64,000 nucleotides of DNA from Candidatus Thorarchaeota archaeon (GCA_016933575.1 JAFGAR010000081.1:1-64000); one strand, 5' to 3'. Positions 1 to 9,425 are shown, counted from the stretch's first letter. Numbers and translations: made by a program. The notes: a model not told the origin generated them from the letters alone.

Positions 1-213
1 CAAGCTCCGGCGAGGTGTTCAGCCCACTGGTACTAATGTCCGAGGCGTGCAGACTGAAAGTGTGCTTCGCACAGTACCTAGAGTTGTCTAGGGGTTTTGT
101 AGAAGTACTTCCATCCTTTGTTGTCTTATTTTCATACATTTTATGACTAGTTTGAAAATGCAAGGTTGATAAGCCTAGGTCACTTTACTTGTATGTAGGA
201 GTGGTAGATTCTC

Positions 214-747
214 ATGTTTCAATTGAAACTGACGCGCCCTATTGATAGGAAAAAGGTCGCCTATGTTGCTATTGTTGTAGTAGTCCTCTTGATTGGAATT
301 CCAACCATTGGACATTTACCAGTCCATCGAACTAGTTTCGTTTATGAAGATGTTCAGGCTGATGTGTCTGACCCTGATTTTGATATCATACAAGTCAAAT
401 CCTATGCTCAAACTCGATATATCGTACTTGAGTTGACTGTTGCTGGTTTGATTCAGACATCAGACTCAGAGTTTTCAGATCCTAATCACTTATATCGTAT
501 AACTGTTGTAGCACGGGGAGTAGATAGAGGAGTCCATATCTACTCCTGCAAATATCAATCTGGAGTAATAGAGCAATATGGTTTTGATTTTCAGATTGTA
601 AACTCAACACTGAGAATCTTCTTTCCTTTCACTGCTTTCGTTTCAGATTCATATATGATCGGACTTGAAGGGAGTGCACAGTATACCTTTGATCGTGATT
701 TGACTCCAGAGGACAGAGATTCGCCTCTTGCACGGCTTCTGTTTTGA
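214..747 (+). CDS. Hypothetical membrane-anchored protein
   Basis: 177-aa ORF with an N-terminal hydrophobic helix (VAYVAIVVVVLLIGIP) followed by a beta-rich domain; GGAG upstream. Confidence 0.7.
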   Translation: MFQLKLTRPIDRKKVAYVAIVVVVLLIGIPTIGHLPVHRTSFVYEDVQADVSDPDFDIIQVKSYAQTRYIVLELTVAGLIQTSDSEFSDPNHLYRITVVARGVDRGVHIYSCKYQSGVIEQYGFDFQIVNSTLRIFFPFTAFVSDSYMIGLEGSAQYTFDRDLTPEDRDSPLARLLF

Positions 748-831
748 TCTCCATACACACAATGATACTTAGCTGATTTGATAATTAGACTCTTATCCAT
801 TGCTTGACCATACCAGTGTTAGGTTGAAAAG

Positions 832-1404
832 ATGTCTAATACTGAAAAGATTGAGATTGATAATGGCATTGCTCCTTTTCCTAAACCTGCAGTTCTTTTA
901 GGTGCTATAATCGATGGAAAACCAAATTTCATGAACTTGGCTTGGATGACTCGTATTTCCTTCAAACCTCATCTCTGGATAATGTCCCTTGGGAAGGGCA
1001 AATACACCGGGCAAGGTATTCGGGAGCAGGGAAAATTCAGTATCAATATACCTGGTGCCGACCTTGTTGTAGAACTTGACTACTGTGGCATCACCTCGGG
1101 TAGGAAAGTAGACAAGTCCAAGATCTTCGATATATTCTACGGAAAACTTGGGGATGTTCCAATGATACGCGAATGCCCTGTATGCATTGAGTTGACAGTA
1201 AATCAAATAATCGAGATGTATGAACGGGACCTGATCATTGGAGAAGTCAAGCATATCTATACCGAAGAACGATTTCTGACTGATGGGAAACTTGATCAGA
1301 AGAAGATCAATCAACTCATTTACACACAACCTCCCGGCCATTACTGGACTCTTGGTAGCACCATAGGTGAGGCATTTTCCATTGGAAAGGAGCTGAAAGC
1401 CTAA
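832..1404 (+). CDS. Flavin reductase-like / flavoredoxin family protein
   Basis: Motifs FPKPAVLLG, GKPNFM, FSINIP, DYCGITSGRKVDK, PMIRECP, LIIGEV. Confidence 0.9.
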   Translation: MSNTEKIEIDNGIAPFPKPAVLLGAIIDGKPNFMNLAWMTRISFKPHLWIMSLGKGKYTGQGIREQGKFSINIPGADLVVELDYCGITSGRKVDKSKIFDIFYGKLGDVPMIRECPVCIELTVNQIIEMYERDLIIGEVKHIYTEERFLTDGKLDQKKINQLIYTQPPGHYWTLGSTIGEAFSIGKELKA

Positions 1405-1482
1405 GTAATCCCTTTTCCATTACTAGTTCAAAGGCAAAGCAAACCCTTAACATGTTTCACATGTACTTGTTATTGTGATTGC

Positions 1483-1782
1483 ATGTCCAAGCCTAGTGAA
1501 ACAAAGAAACCCTCTCAAAGAAAGAAGATTGGGGAAGTGCTCTTTGCAATTGGGTTCTCAATCATACTGACACTATTTCTCACGGTCATTGCTAGTTCTT
1601 TAGTGACCTCATTCTGGGGTCCTAGTACTCCTGTAGTTTATTATGAGAATCTGTTAACTCCAATATTTATTGCTGGTCTCATCATGATACTTGTTGGACT
1701 TGCTTTCTTTATTCTCCCTGAAGGCCCATCAAAGGATGGAACTTGGGTGATGAAGATGAGCCCATTTATTGGTAATAATTGA
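1483..1782 (+). CDS. Small 2-TM membrane protein
   Basis: 99 aa with two clear hydrophobic helices. Confidence 0.7.
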   Translation: MSKPSETKKPSQRKKIGEVLFAIGFSIILTLFLTVIASSLVTSFWGPSTPVVYYENLLTPIFIAGLIMILVGLAFFILPEGPSKDGTWVMKMSPFIGNN

Positions 1783-1891
1783 TTCCAACTCTCTCCTCTC
1801 TCATTACTCAAATGATTAGTTCTTGCGTTGAAGTTGTTGTTTTTAATATACCAAGTTCTGTGCTACTATGAATATTTAGGATTGTGAGAGT

Positions 1892-2674
1892 ATGAGAGTC
1901 TTTGGATTAGATAAGAGGATGTTAGCATCCATTTCAGCAATCGCAATTATTCTTGTATCGTCTACAATCTTTCTTGTTTTTACTTCTCCCGGTCCTTTGG
2001 TAGGAGTGAGGGTGGCAGTCTATGATGATCATGGGACAACTGCTGCAAGTCAATTTGCCCTTGAGAGTATGTTCCGTTGGATGGGTGCTGAGGTCACCGT
2101 GATAAATGGGACTGATGTGGAGAATGGAGCTTTAGACTTCTATGATATATTTGTGGCACCAGGTGGTTGTTGGTGTGACGAGCGATGTGAGATTCTTGAC
2201 GATTTTGAGATCGTAAGGGAGTTTGTCCTTAATGGCGGATCCTATTTTGGTGTGGATGGCGGTGCATCATATGCCACGAGTTACAGGCTTGGTCTCTTTG
2301 ATGGGGTCCTTTCCGCTGATTGCAATGGATCTGGAGACTGGTTACTTGAGATGAACGTGAATCGTGATTCAACTGGACCTGACCTCTCAGATGAACCTGA
2401 ATCATACATTCTATTCTATGAGGCATCTGGGTATTTTCTTGCTGATAATATGACTGGGATTATTCCAATATGTACATACACTGATACTGGTTATGCTGGT
2501 ATGATTGCATTCGAATATTGTGAAGGTACCGTCTTTCTATCCAGTCCACATCCTGAGTATGAAGAGGGAAGTATGAGAGATGGCACTGACTTCTGGGATA
2601 CAGATCCAGATCCTGACTCAGAATGGAACTTGATGCTGAAAGTAGTCTTATGGTTGGTGAACGAGTCAACCTGA
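1892..2674 (+). CDS. Membrane-anchored BPL_N / class I glutamine amidotransferase-like domain protein
   Basis: VAVYDDHG, FVAPGG, REFVLNGGSYFG and SSPHPE motifs typical of BPL_N; N-terminal TM helix. Confidence 0.8.
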   Translation: MRVFGLDKRMLASISAIAIILVSSTIFLVFTSPGPLVGVRVAVYDDHGTTAASQFALESMFRWMGAEVTVINGTDVENGALDFYDIFVAPGGCWCDERCEILDDFEIVREFVLNGGSYFGVDGGASYATSYRLGLFDGVLSADCNGSGDWLLEMNVNRDSTGPDLSDEPESYILFYEASGYFLADNMTGIIPICTYTDTGYAGMIAFEYCEGTVFLSSPHPEYEEGSMRDGTDFWDTDPDPDSEWNLMLKVVLWLVNEST

Positions 2675-2677
2675 CCC

Positions 2678-2705
2678 ACTGTTATGCATCATCATTCATA
2701 ACGAT
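2678..2705. promoter_or_regulatory. ModE-like operator upstream of AOR
   Basis: ACTGTTATGCA-N6-TTCATAACGAT versus the ModE-type ATCGTTATATA-N6-TATATAACGAT: 7/11 and 9/11 matches with the same spacing. Confidence 0.5.
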
Positions 2706-2771
2706 ATGAACTTTTAGACCACATCGCATATTAGGGTCTTCATACATTACTCCATAATTGGAGTTGATGAA

Positions 2772-4565
2772 GTGAGTAAGATACTCAGAGTGAATATGAA
2801 CGATTTAAGCCACAAATGGGAATCTGTTCCAAAGGAATACGAGACCCTGGCTGGAAGGGCATTCACCTCAGCTGTTGTGAACAAAGAGGTTGACCCGATG
2901 TGTCATCCTCTACGGGAGAACAACAAGTTTGTTATCTCCCCCGGGTTATTAGCTGGAACTCCAGCTCCATCATCCGGTCGGCTGAGTGTAGGCGCAAAGT
3001 CACCTTTGACAGGAGGAATCAAAGAGGCTAATGCTGGTGGACTTACAGCTGATCGACTTGCACGAATTGGTGTTCGCGGCATCATCCTTGAAGGGGTTCC
3101 TCCTACCGGCTCGAAGGATTGGTACAGTATTGTCATTCGAAAAGACAGTTGTGAGATAGTAAAGACAAACAATTACGCAGGCAAAGGTCTCTACGAACTG
3201 ATCGGAAAGATCTGGAAGGAGTATCCTGTTAAACCGGGCATTATCGGATGTGGTGTTGCCGGTCAACGCTTGATGAAATGCGCTGGAGTCTTTGGCAACA
3301 ATCCTGAGAATACTGATCCTGGTCGCTACGCTGGGAGAGGTGGTCTTGGAGCTGTTCTTGGATCCAAGCATATTGTAACAATTATTAGTGATCCTACAGG
3401 AGGATTAATACCCGAACCCAAGGACAAGCAGCGATTCGAAAATGGTCGGAAATCTCTCCGGGAGGCTCTCGATAAGCATCCTGTTACAGGGAAATTGACC
3501 GACGATGAGGGTAATCCCTTTGGTGGCCTAAAGAACTACGGAACCAATATTCTACAAAACATCCTAAATGAGGCTGGTGGCCTACCAACGAGAGGCTTCA
3601 GTTCAGGACGATTTGAGCAAGCTGCAAAGATTTCTGGTGAAGCAGTGCATGAACTTGTTGATAAGACGAAGAAAAAGTTCGGCGAAGCTGCAGAAGGCGC
3701 GTACGCTCATGCCTGTCATCCCGGGTGTGTTATGCGGTGTTCAAATTCAGTACCCTATGAGAAGACGGGAAAACTCCAAGTTTCACCTCTTGAATACGAG
3801 TCAGCTTGGGCTCTTGGATCCAACCTTGGAATTGGAAATCTCCATGATGTTGCTGAACTGAATAGACTTTGCAATGATATAGGTCTTGATACTATTGAAG
3901 CTGGAAATACCCTGGCAATGTTGATGGAAGGTGGTCTCATCAAGTATGGGGACGGTCCCGGTGCAATCAAGGCACTAAAAGAAGCCTACAATCTAGATTC
4001 TGCTTTGGGCAGACTTGTCTGTTCAGGTACTCAGACAGCTGGCGAAGCTCTTGGTGTAACTAGAATCCCAGTTGTAAAAGGTCAAGCTCTACCAGCTTAT
4101 GATCCACGTCCTATTCGTGGAATTGGTGTAACCTATGCGACAACAACAATGGGGGCAGACCATACAGCTGGATACACCATTGCTGCTGAAATTCTAGGTA
4201 TCAAAGGCACTGTTACAGATCCTCGCGCCTTAAACAAAGCTGAACTATCCAGAGCATTTCAGGCAACAACAGCCTACATTGATGCAACAGGTTACTGTCT
4301 ATTCATTGCCTTCTGTATTTTGGATAACGATGATGGCTTCAAGGGTATGACTGATTCAGTGAGTGGATTCCTAGGTAAGGATATTGATGTCACCGAATAT
4401 GGAATGGCGATTCTCAAGAATGAGCGAACATTCAACAAGAACGCTGGATTCACTGAAAAAGATGATAGACTTCCTGAGTTCTTCAGAACCGAACCACTAC
4501 CGCCACATAATGTTACCTTTGATGTAACAGATGAAGAAATAGATGCAGTCTACAAGGGAGTATAG
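2772..4565 (+). CDS. aor: Aldehyde:ferredoxin oxidoreductase (W/Mo-bis-pterin)
   Basis: KSPLTGGIKEANAGG, AGRGGLGAVLGSK, CHPGCVMRC Fe-S motif, EYE, GLDTIE, AYDPR, DDRLP. Confidence 0.95.
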   Translation: MSKILRVNMNDLSHKWESVPKEYETLAGRAFTSAVVNKEVDPMCHPLRENNKFVISPGLLAGTPAPSSGRLSVGAKSPLTGGIKEANAGGLTADRLARIGVRGIILEGVPPTGSKDWYSIVIRKDSCEIVKTNNYAGKGLYELIGKIWKEYPVKPGIIGCGVAGQRLMKCAGVFGNNPENTDPGRYAGRGGLGAVLGSKHIVTIISDPTGGLIPEPKDKQRFENGRKSLREALDKHPVTGKLTDDEGNPFGGLKNYGTNILQNILNEAGGLPTRGFSSGRFEQAAKISGEAVHELVDKTKKKFGEAAEGAYAHACHPGCVMRCSNSVPYEKTGKLQVSPLEYESAWALGSNLGIGNLHDVAELNRLCNDIGLDTIEAGNTLAMLMEGGLIKYGDGPGAIKALKEAYNLDSALGRLVCSGTQTAGEALGVTRIPVVKGQALPAYDPRPIRGIGVTYATTTMGADHTAGYTIAAEILGIKGTVTDPRALNKAELSRAFQATTAYIDATGYCLFIAFCILDNDDGFKGMTDSVSGFLGKDIDVTEYGMAILKNERTFNKNAGFTEKDDRLPEFFRTEPLPPHNVTFDVTDEEIDAVYKGV

Positions 4566-4578
4566 TTTTTAGAAACGT

Positions 4579-4616
4579 GGAGAAGAGAAACGATTCTCCT
4601 CTCCCCTCCTCTTTTT
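4579..4616 (+). terminator. Hairpin plus T-tract after aor
   Basis: GGAGAAGAGAA-ACGA-TTCTCCTCTCC followed by CTCTTTTT. Confidence 0.5.
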
Positions 4617-4662
4617 GACTATAGGCAAACACATTTCAAATTGAAAATACTGAGAACTATCA

Positions 4663-4971
4663 ATGATTGAGATTCATCTTTACGGCAGGCTTAGAACCCT
4701 TGTTTCAGGAAGTAGTGCTAGTGATGATACTGTTTTGTCTTTAGAGTACATTGAGAATGAAACTTTCTCTCAACTTATTTCTCGTCTAGAACTCACACCC
4801 AAGGACTTGGGGGACTGCTTCATAAATGGTACACTTGCAAAGAAAGATAGTGTACTCACTAATGGAGACCGGATAGGTCTTTTCCCATTTAACATGGTTC
4901 TTCTCTGTGGTGGCCAACACCTCAAGGGTCACGGTTACACAAGGGAAGACATTGATGTTGATTATTACTAA
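4663..4971 (+). CDS. MoaD/ThiS (ubiquitin-fold) protein with a C-terminal extension after GG
   Basis: IEIHLYGRLR...FING...GDRIGLFP beta-grasp pattern; internal GG followed by 18 more residues. Confidence 0.75.
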   Translation: MIEIHLYGRLRTLVSGSSASDDTVLSLEYIENETFSQLISRLELTPKDLGDCFINGTLAKKDSVLTNGDRIGLFPFNMVLLCGGQHLKGHGYTREDIDVDYY

Positions 4972-4982
4972 GTGATGATGAA

Positions 4983-5225
4983 ATGAGAGTTTCTGTCAAA
5001 CTTTATGCTACTCTTCGAAGGTTTGCGCCTCTAGGTACTGCTATTGGGGATGCGTTTGATGTCCAATTAGAGGGTTCAACAGTATCTGATCTCATCCAGC
5101 AACTTAAGATAAAGATTGAAAGTGCTAAGATTATTATGATTAATGGTATACGGATTCTTGATCTGCATACAAGATTGAACGAGGACGACTTAGTCGTTAT
5201 CTTTCCCCCTGTGGGTGGTGGCTAA
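4983..5225 (+). CDS. moaD: MoaD/ThiS/SAMP sulfur carrier protein
   Basis: VKLYATLR...MING...IFPPVGGG C-terminus; adjacent to aor. Confidence 0.9.
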   Translation: MRVSVKLYATLRRFAPLGTAIGDAFDVQLEGSTVSDLIQQLKIKIESAKIIMINGIRILDLHTRLNEDDLVVIFPPVGGG

Positions 5226-5278
5226 TTCTATTCCGATTATACAACATATGCTTTGAACAATATACTATTATAAAGAAT

Positions 5279-5417
5279 CTCGGTGGGTCGGCATGCGTAC
5301 TTGTCCTGAGGACTACGGAAGCTGGACTTCACAAGGTGAATCTTAAGCAGGAGCTCCAAGATGCATGTCGTTGCACTCAAAGTCGTTGTTCTCCTAACGA
5401 TGAGCGCCACCCGTGAG
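5279..5417. ncRNA. Candidate structured intergenic RNA (three-way junction), unassigned
   Basis: About 55% GC over 5281-5430 versus about 25% in the preceding 60 nt; nested stems 5289-5298/5361-5370, 5304-5308/5348-5352, 5373-5379/5401-5407, closed by 5281-5286/5407-5413. Confidence 0.45.
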
Positions 5418-5530
5418 CCTCGGGACCTCACCTTCGTTTATTAAAAAATATGCGAATGATTTTACTAGATTTGCATTGTAATCTGAGTATTGCCACAGTG
5501 CCATGAAGATATAGAAAATCAAGTCATTTA

Positions 5531-5734
5531 TCAAATTTGAATCATGATATTTTGAAGCTCATCAAGTAATTCATTCAGATCTTCTACTAAATTACGATTT
5601 CCATCATAAACCCATTCATATTTCCAGTAGTTTGCTTCAATATTCCGTTTTTTTCCATTAGTAAGAATACATCCAAAGAAACTTGGTTTGATAAAATCGA
5701 TGAAAAAGTAGTGAATATCTATAGAATTCCACAA
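5531..5734 (-). pseudogene. Possible AT-rich gene fragment
   Basis: 67-aa ORF in a low-GC patch; protein-like C-terminal helix but no convincing start or family. Confidence 0.25.
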
Positions 5735-5772
5735 TCCATTATGCCTATAATATTGAAGTTTAGCACTATAGA

Positions 5773-7026
5773 TTATATCTTAACATCAATCACTTTTCTT
5801 TCAATTCGACTTCTCTCTGCTGCAAATGTCATGAGGTGACTCTCTAAAGTTTCCTCTGGTCCGGAGAGTATCTTAGTCGCATCGTTTTCTGAAACCGCAG
5901 TAACAAATGCATGGATCAGCCCATAATCACCCCCGCCATGGTCTGAGAGTGCCTCTGGTTTTTCATCCTGAGATAGATCAACTATTTCTGATCTTCCCGT
6001 CAAGAACTCAAACACTTGGATCTTTGTACCATTTCCATATATCTCACCACGAGTCCCAAATATTCTAGTTTCTCTTGGTCTTGCCTTTGTGAATGCAGTC
6101 ATTGTAAACGAGGCGGTTTCTCCATCCTCAAACTCCAGGTTGACTATTTGATGGTCCACAACATCATTGTCACACTCATATACACATCGACCATATTGCC
6201 CCTCCCTAAGTGCTTTAATCACTCCAGCTACTGTGACATCAGGCGTTACAACACTAACCGGCCATCCAAGTTTTCCATGTTTGACGAGATTGAGATAGAT
6301 GTGTTTAGCTGAATAGGGACATTGCGGTTCATAGTCACAGTCTAGACAATTATCTCCAGCAATAGAAGGTTTATTCTCCTTTTTGAAATGAGTGAGCGAC
6401 CCAAAGGAAGATATAGTCTTGCACTTCTTTCCAACAATATATCTAATCCAGTCTATGTCATGACATGACTTTGTAAGAAGCATAAACGCTGACTCTTTCT
6501 CATTTCTCCAATTCCCTCTAACAAATGAATGAGCTTGGTGCCAATAACCTACTGGTTCAAGATGTTGGATACTTATGACATCGCCAATCAGCCCTGAATC
6601 AATGATAGACTTAAGCTCCTGAGTATATCGTGTATATCGCAAGACATGTCCCACTGCAAAGATGATCTTCTGTGATACGACTGCTTTTGTTATATCTTTG
6701 CAGCTCTTCTCATCTGGTGCCATCGGCTTTTCAAGGAGGATGTGATAATCCTTCTTTGCAAAGGCAATTGCTGTATCTTTATGCATGTGGTCTCGAGTTG
6801 CAATTATGACAGCGTCTGCGATTTTTGGTTTCTTTGCTAGGTCTTTCCAATCAGTGAATACATTCTCTTGTGGAATATTATGGTCTTCTACCATTTTAGT
6901 CCTGTAATATTCACGAGGTTCTGCTACTCCCACAATTCTCGCTCTATCTGGGTGTAGTTTCGCATAGGCAGCATAGACAAATCCTCTATCTCCAGCACCG
7001 ACAATGACTAATTCGACGGGTTTCAT
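5773..7026 (-). CDS. Gfo/Idh/MocA family NAD(P)-dependent oxidoreductase
   Basis: GAGDRG Rossmann motif, EKPMA, VGHVLRY, HSFVRGNWR, KSCHDID, HGGGD. Start moved to MKPVEL; ORF is open to 7080. Confidence 0.92.
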   Translation of the reverse strand: MKPVELVIVGAGDRGFVYAAYAKLHPDRARIVGVAEPREYYRTKMVEDHNIPQENVFTDWKDLAKKPKIADAVIIATRDHMHKDTAIAFAKKDYHILLEKPMAPDEKSCKDITKAVVSQKIIFAVGHVLRYTRYTQELKSIIDSGLIGDVISIQHLEPVGYWHQAHSFVRGNWRNEKESAFMLLTKSCHDIDWIRYIVGKKCKTISSFGSLTHFKKENKPSIAGDNCLDCDYEPQCPYSAKHIYLNLVKHGKLGWPVSVVTPDVTVAGVIKALREGQYGRCVYECDNDVVDHQIVNLEFEDGETASFTMTAFTKARPRETRIFGTRGEIYGNGTKIQVFEFLTGRSEIVDLSQDEKPEALSDHGGGDYGLIHAFVTAVSENDATKILSGPEETLESHLMTFAAERSRIERKVIDVKI

Positions 7027-7146
7027 GTTACACCCTCTCTCGATATACGTGCCTGTGAAATAATCGGTCATCCATTTCAATGTATAGGACAGCTGAAAAG
7101 AAATGGAGTCCGAAGAATACTAATAGCACTCTCCGGATACAATATG

Positions 7147-8136
7147 TTATTTTTCTTCAGAACCAGATAGTCGACGAAGTTGCTTGGTTTCCTTTGCAGC
7201 TCTAGTTGCTCCAGCAAGGCCTGCGAGTCCCATAATCTCGCCATTTACTATGTCCAGAGGAATTGCAAAGACTATAGTATTACTCTGGTCGAAGCTGATA
7301 TCTTCTAGACTCGAGAGTGTTCTAAGATAGAGGGCTTGACTACTCATCTGTTGCACAGCTGCTTCGAGGTTATGGGCAGCACGAAGCTCGCCTTCGCTTT
7401 TAATGATCACAGCTCGTCGTTCTCGTTCAGCCTCTGCCTGACGTGCAATCACACGTTTCATATCATCTGGCAATTCAATGTTCTGTAGGTTGACACTGAT
7501 GATATCGACACCCCAATCATCACTGATCCGGTCAACAATCTCCTTGATTCGGTCAGCAATCTCATCCCGTTTCTCTAGCAGTTCATCAAGTTCAACATTC
7601 CCAATGACATCCCTCATTGTTGTTTGAGCATACTGAACAACACTCAATTTGACATCCATGATGTTGATGAGGCTCTTTGCTGTATTGATGACCTTCATGA
7701 AGACAACTGCATCAGCCATTAGACTGATGTTATCTTTCGTCATCACTTCTTGCTTTGACACGTCCAGAGTCTGAATGCGCAGATCTTGTCGTAGGAATTT
7801 CTCTATGACTGGCCATTTGAAAAAGATGCCAGGACCTACTAGTCGCTTATACTTTCCAAACCTCAAGATGATTGCTTCTTGCCACTGTTTGTTTATTGCC
7901 AAGGTAGCAGGAATGAGGATTAGGAAGAGTCCTCCCAGTACAGTCATCAAAGTACTCTCAAAACCTATTCCAATAGGAATTCCGAATTGATTTCCATAGA
8001 TTCCTAGGAACAGAAAAATGACAGCTAGGAATAGAAATGACACAAATGGCACAGGAGACCCCGAGTACTCATAGGTACTCATTCTAGTTTCACGTGGATT
8101 TCTCTTCTCACTGATATTATCGGTAGCTTCGCCCAT
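7147..8136 (-). CDS. SPFH/band 7 (stomatin-like) membrane protein
   Basis: ILRFGKY, GPG, DLRIQTLDV, TKDN, AQTTMRDVIG, RQAEAERERRA. Confidence 0.95.
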   Translation of the reverse strand: MGEATDNISEKRNPRETRMSTYEYSGSPVPFVSFLFLAVIFLFLGIYGNQFGIPIGIGFESTLMTVLGGLFLILIPATLAINKQWQEAIILRFGKYKRLVGPGIFFKWPVIEKFLRQDLRIQTLDVSKQEVMTKDNISLMADAVVFMKVINTAKSLINIMDVKLSVVQYAQTTMRDVIGNVELDELLEKRDEIADRIKEIVDRISDDWGVDIISVNLQNIELPDDMKRVIARQAEAERERRAVIIKSEGELRAAHNLEAAVQQMSSQALYLRTLSSLEDISFDQSNTIVFAIPLDIVNGEIMGLAGLAGATRAAKETKQLRRLSGSEEK

Positions 8137-8234
8137 TAATGGTTCCCACCGAATTATTCATGTATTGAAGACATATATTTTCTCCCAGAGTCCTCATTCA
8201 GAACCTGTTCTAGACCTACATACTTAAATTTTGA

Positions 8235-8555
8235 ATGTTAACGATGGTTACTGTGAATACAATGACATTAGTGATCCTCTACCAGACAATAGTGAAACCC
8301 AATGAAATTGATACGCTCAATGAACTCAGGGCCGAGTTTAAGACGCTGTATGAAAAACATAATATCGATGTAGTTGGACATTGGAACAGTCAAGAAGAAC
8401 CTAACAAGAATTACTATATGGCAAGATATCTAAGTGATGCAGATTATCAACACAAAACTCGCACACTTCATAATGACGAAAACTATCTACGTCTGACTGC
8501 ACAGCTGAACGAGATCCGGACTGATTTTAAACTTGAACGACTAACTCCGCAATAG
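8235..8555 (+). CDS. NIPSNAP-like small alpha/beta protein
   Basis: LYEKHNIDVVGHW...YYMARY pattern; start may be ATG 8262. Confidence 0.7.
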   Translation: MLTMVTVNTMTLVILYQTIVKPNEIDTLNELRAEFKTLYEKHNIDVVGHWNSQEEPNKNYYMARYLSDADYQHKTRTLHNDENYLRLTAQLNEIRTDFKLERLTPQ

Positions 8556-8571
8556 CAAGAGGTCAGAGTCA

Positions 8572-9402
8572 ATGTGTGATCTTCTTGGACTCTCTTTCAG
8601 TACTGACATTTCAGCAAGGATCTCTTTAGACATATTTCAAGATAGAGGTCGCGTAAATCCTGATGGTTGGGGAATGGCTTTCTATTATGACAAATCTCTT
8701 CGAATCATCAAAGAGGCTCAATCTGCTCTGAACAGTCCATTGTTTGATTTCATGGAACGATATATTCACTCGAAGACGATTATCTCCCATGTACGAAGAT
8801 CTACTCGAGGCATCCCCAGTTACTTGAACACTCATCCTTTCTATCGTGAGATGAACATTGGTCATACGCGACAGGAGTACTCCTTTGCTCACAATGGCAC
8901 GCTCACAAATCTTGCTCGATTGAGCACACTCAATTGCAAGCCTCTTGGTGAAACAGACTCTGAACTAGCATTCTGCTACATAATTGAAACAATACAGAAT
9001 CGAGGAATTCAGAACTGGACTGAGGGTGACTATGCATTCTTAGAGAATACCTGTAGAGATATCAATGATGACGAAAATACTTTCAATTGTATGCTCTCTA
9101 ATGGTGAATTACTATTTTGTTATTCTGATGAGAATGATCACAACAATGGTCTCCGGTATCTTTGTCAGAAACAACCTTTTGGTACGATTGAATTAATCAG
9201 TCCAGATGAGAAACTTGGAGCAATTGATATTCATACAGCAACTCCTACCGATTCTTTAGCTGAAAACGAATTGGGATATGTGATTTCAACAAGAATCCTT
9301 ACGGAGGGCGATTGGACTGAGTTCCGGGGTGGCGAACTCATAGTCTTCAGGAATGGTGAAATAGTCTATCCTTCTCATCGGGTTACTCAGTCAAGCTCAT
9401 AA
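8572..9402 (+). CDS. Class II glutamine amidotransferase (YafJ/EgtC-like)
   Basis: N-terminal MC nucleophile, NPDGWG, SHVRRST, NTHPF, FAHNG, GETDSE. Confidence 0.93.
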   Translation: MCDLLGLSFSTDISARISLDIFQDRGRVNPDGWGMAFYYDKSLRIIKEAQSALNSPLFDFMERYIHSKTIISHVRRSTRGIPSYLNTHPFYREMNIGHTRQEYSFAHNGTLTNLARLSTLNCKPLGETDSELAFCYIIETIQNRGIQNWTEGDYAFLENTCRDINDDENTFNCMLSNGELLFCYSDENDHNNGLRYLCQKQPFGTIELISPDEKLGAIDIHTATPTDSLAENELGYVISTRILTEGDWTEFRGGELIVFRNGEIVYPSHRVTQSSS

Positions 9403-9425
9403 GAATCAATGAAGCAACAATTGTT

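Noticed and set aside
29-78. Hammerhead-like layout (CTAATG...GAAA...hairpin)
   Set aside because: The core is CTAATGT rather than CTGANGA, and the stem III/UH cleavage geometry is not satisfied.
5306-5340. CTGAGGA as a hammerhead core within the RNA candidate
   Set aside because: No stem II followed by GAAA at a compatible position.
5237-5431. 64-aa minus-strand ORF
   Set aside because: No recognisable motif; the segment is better explained as structured RNA.
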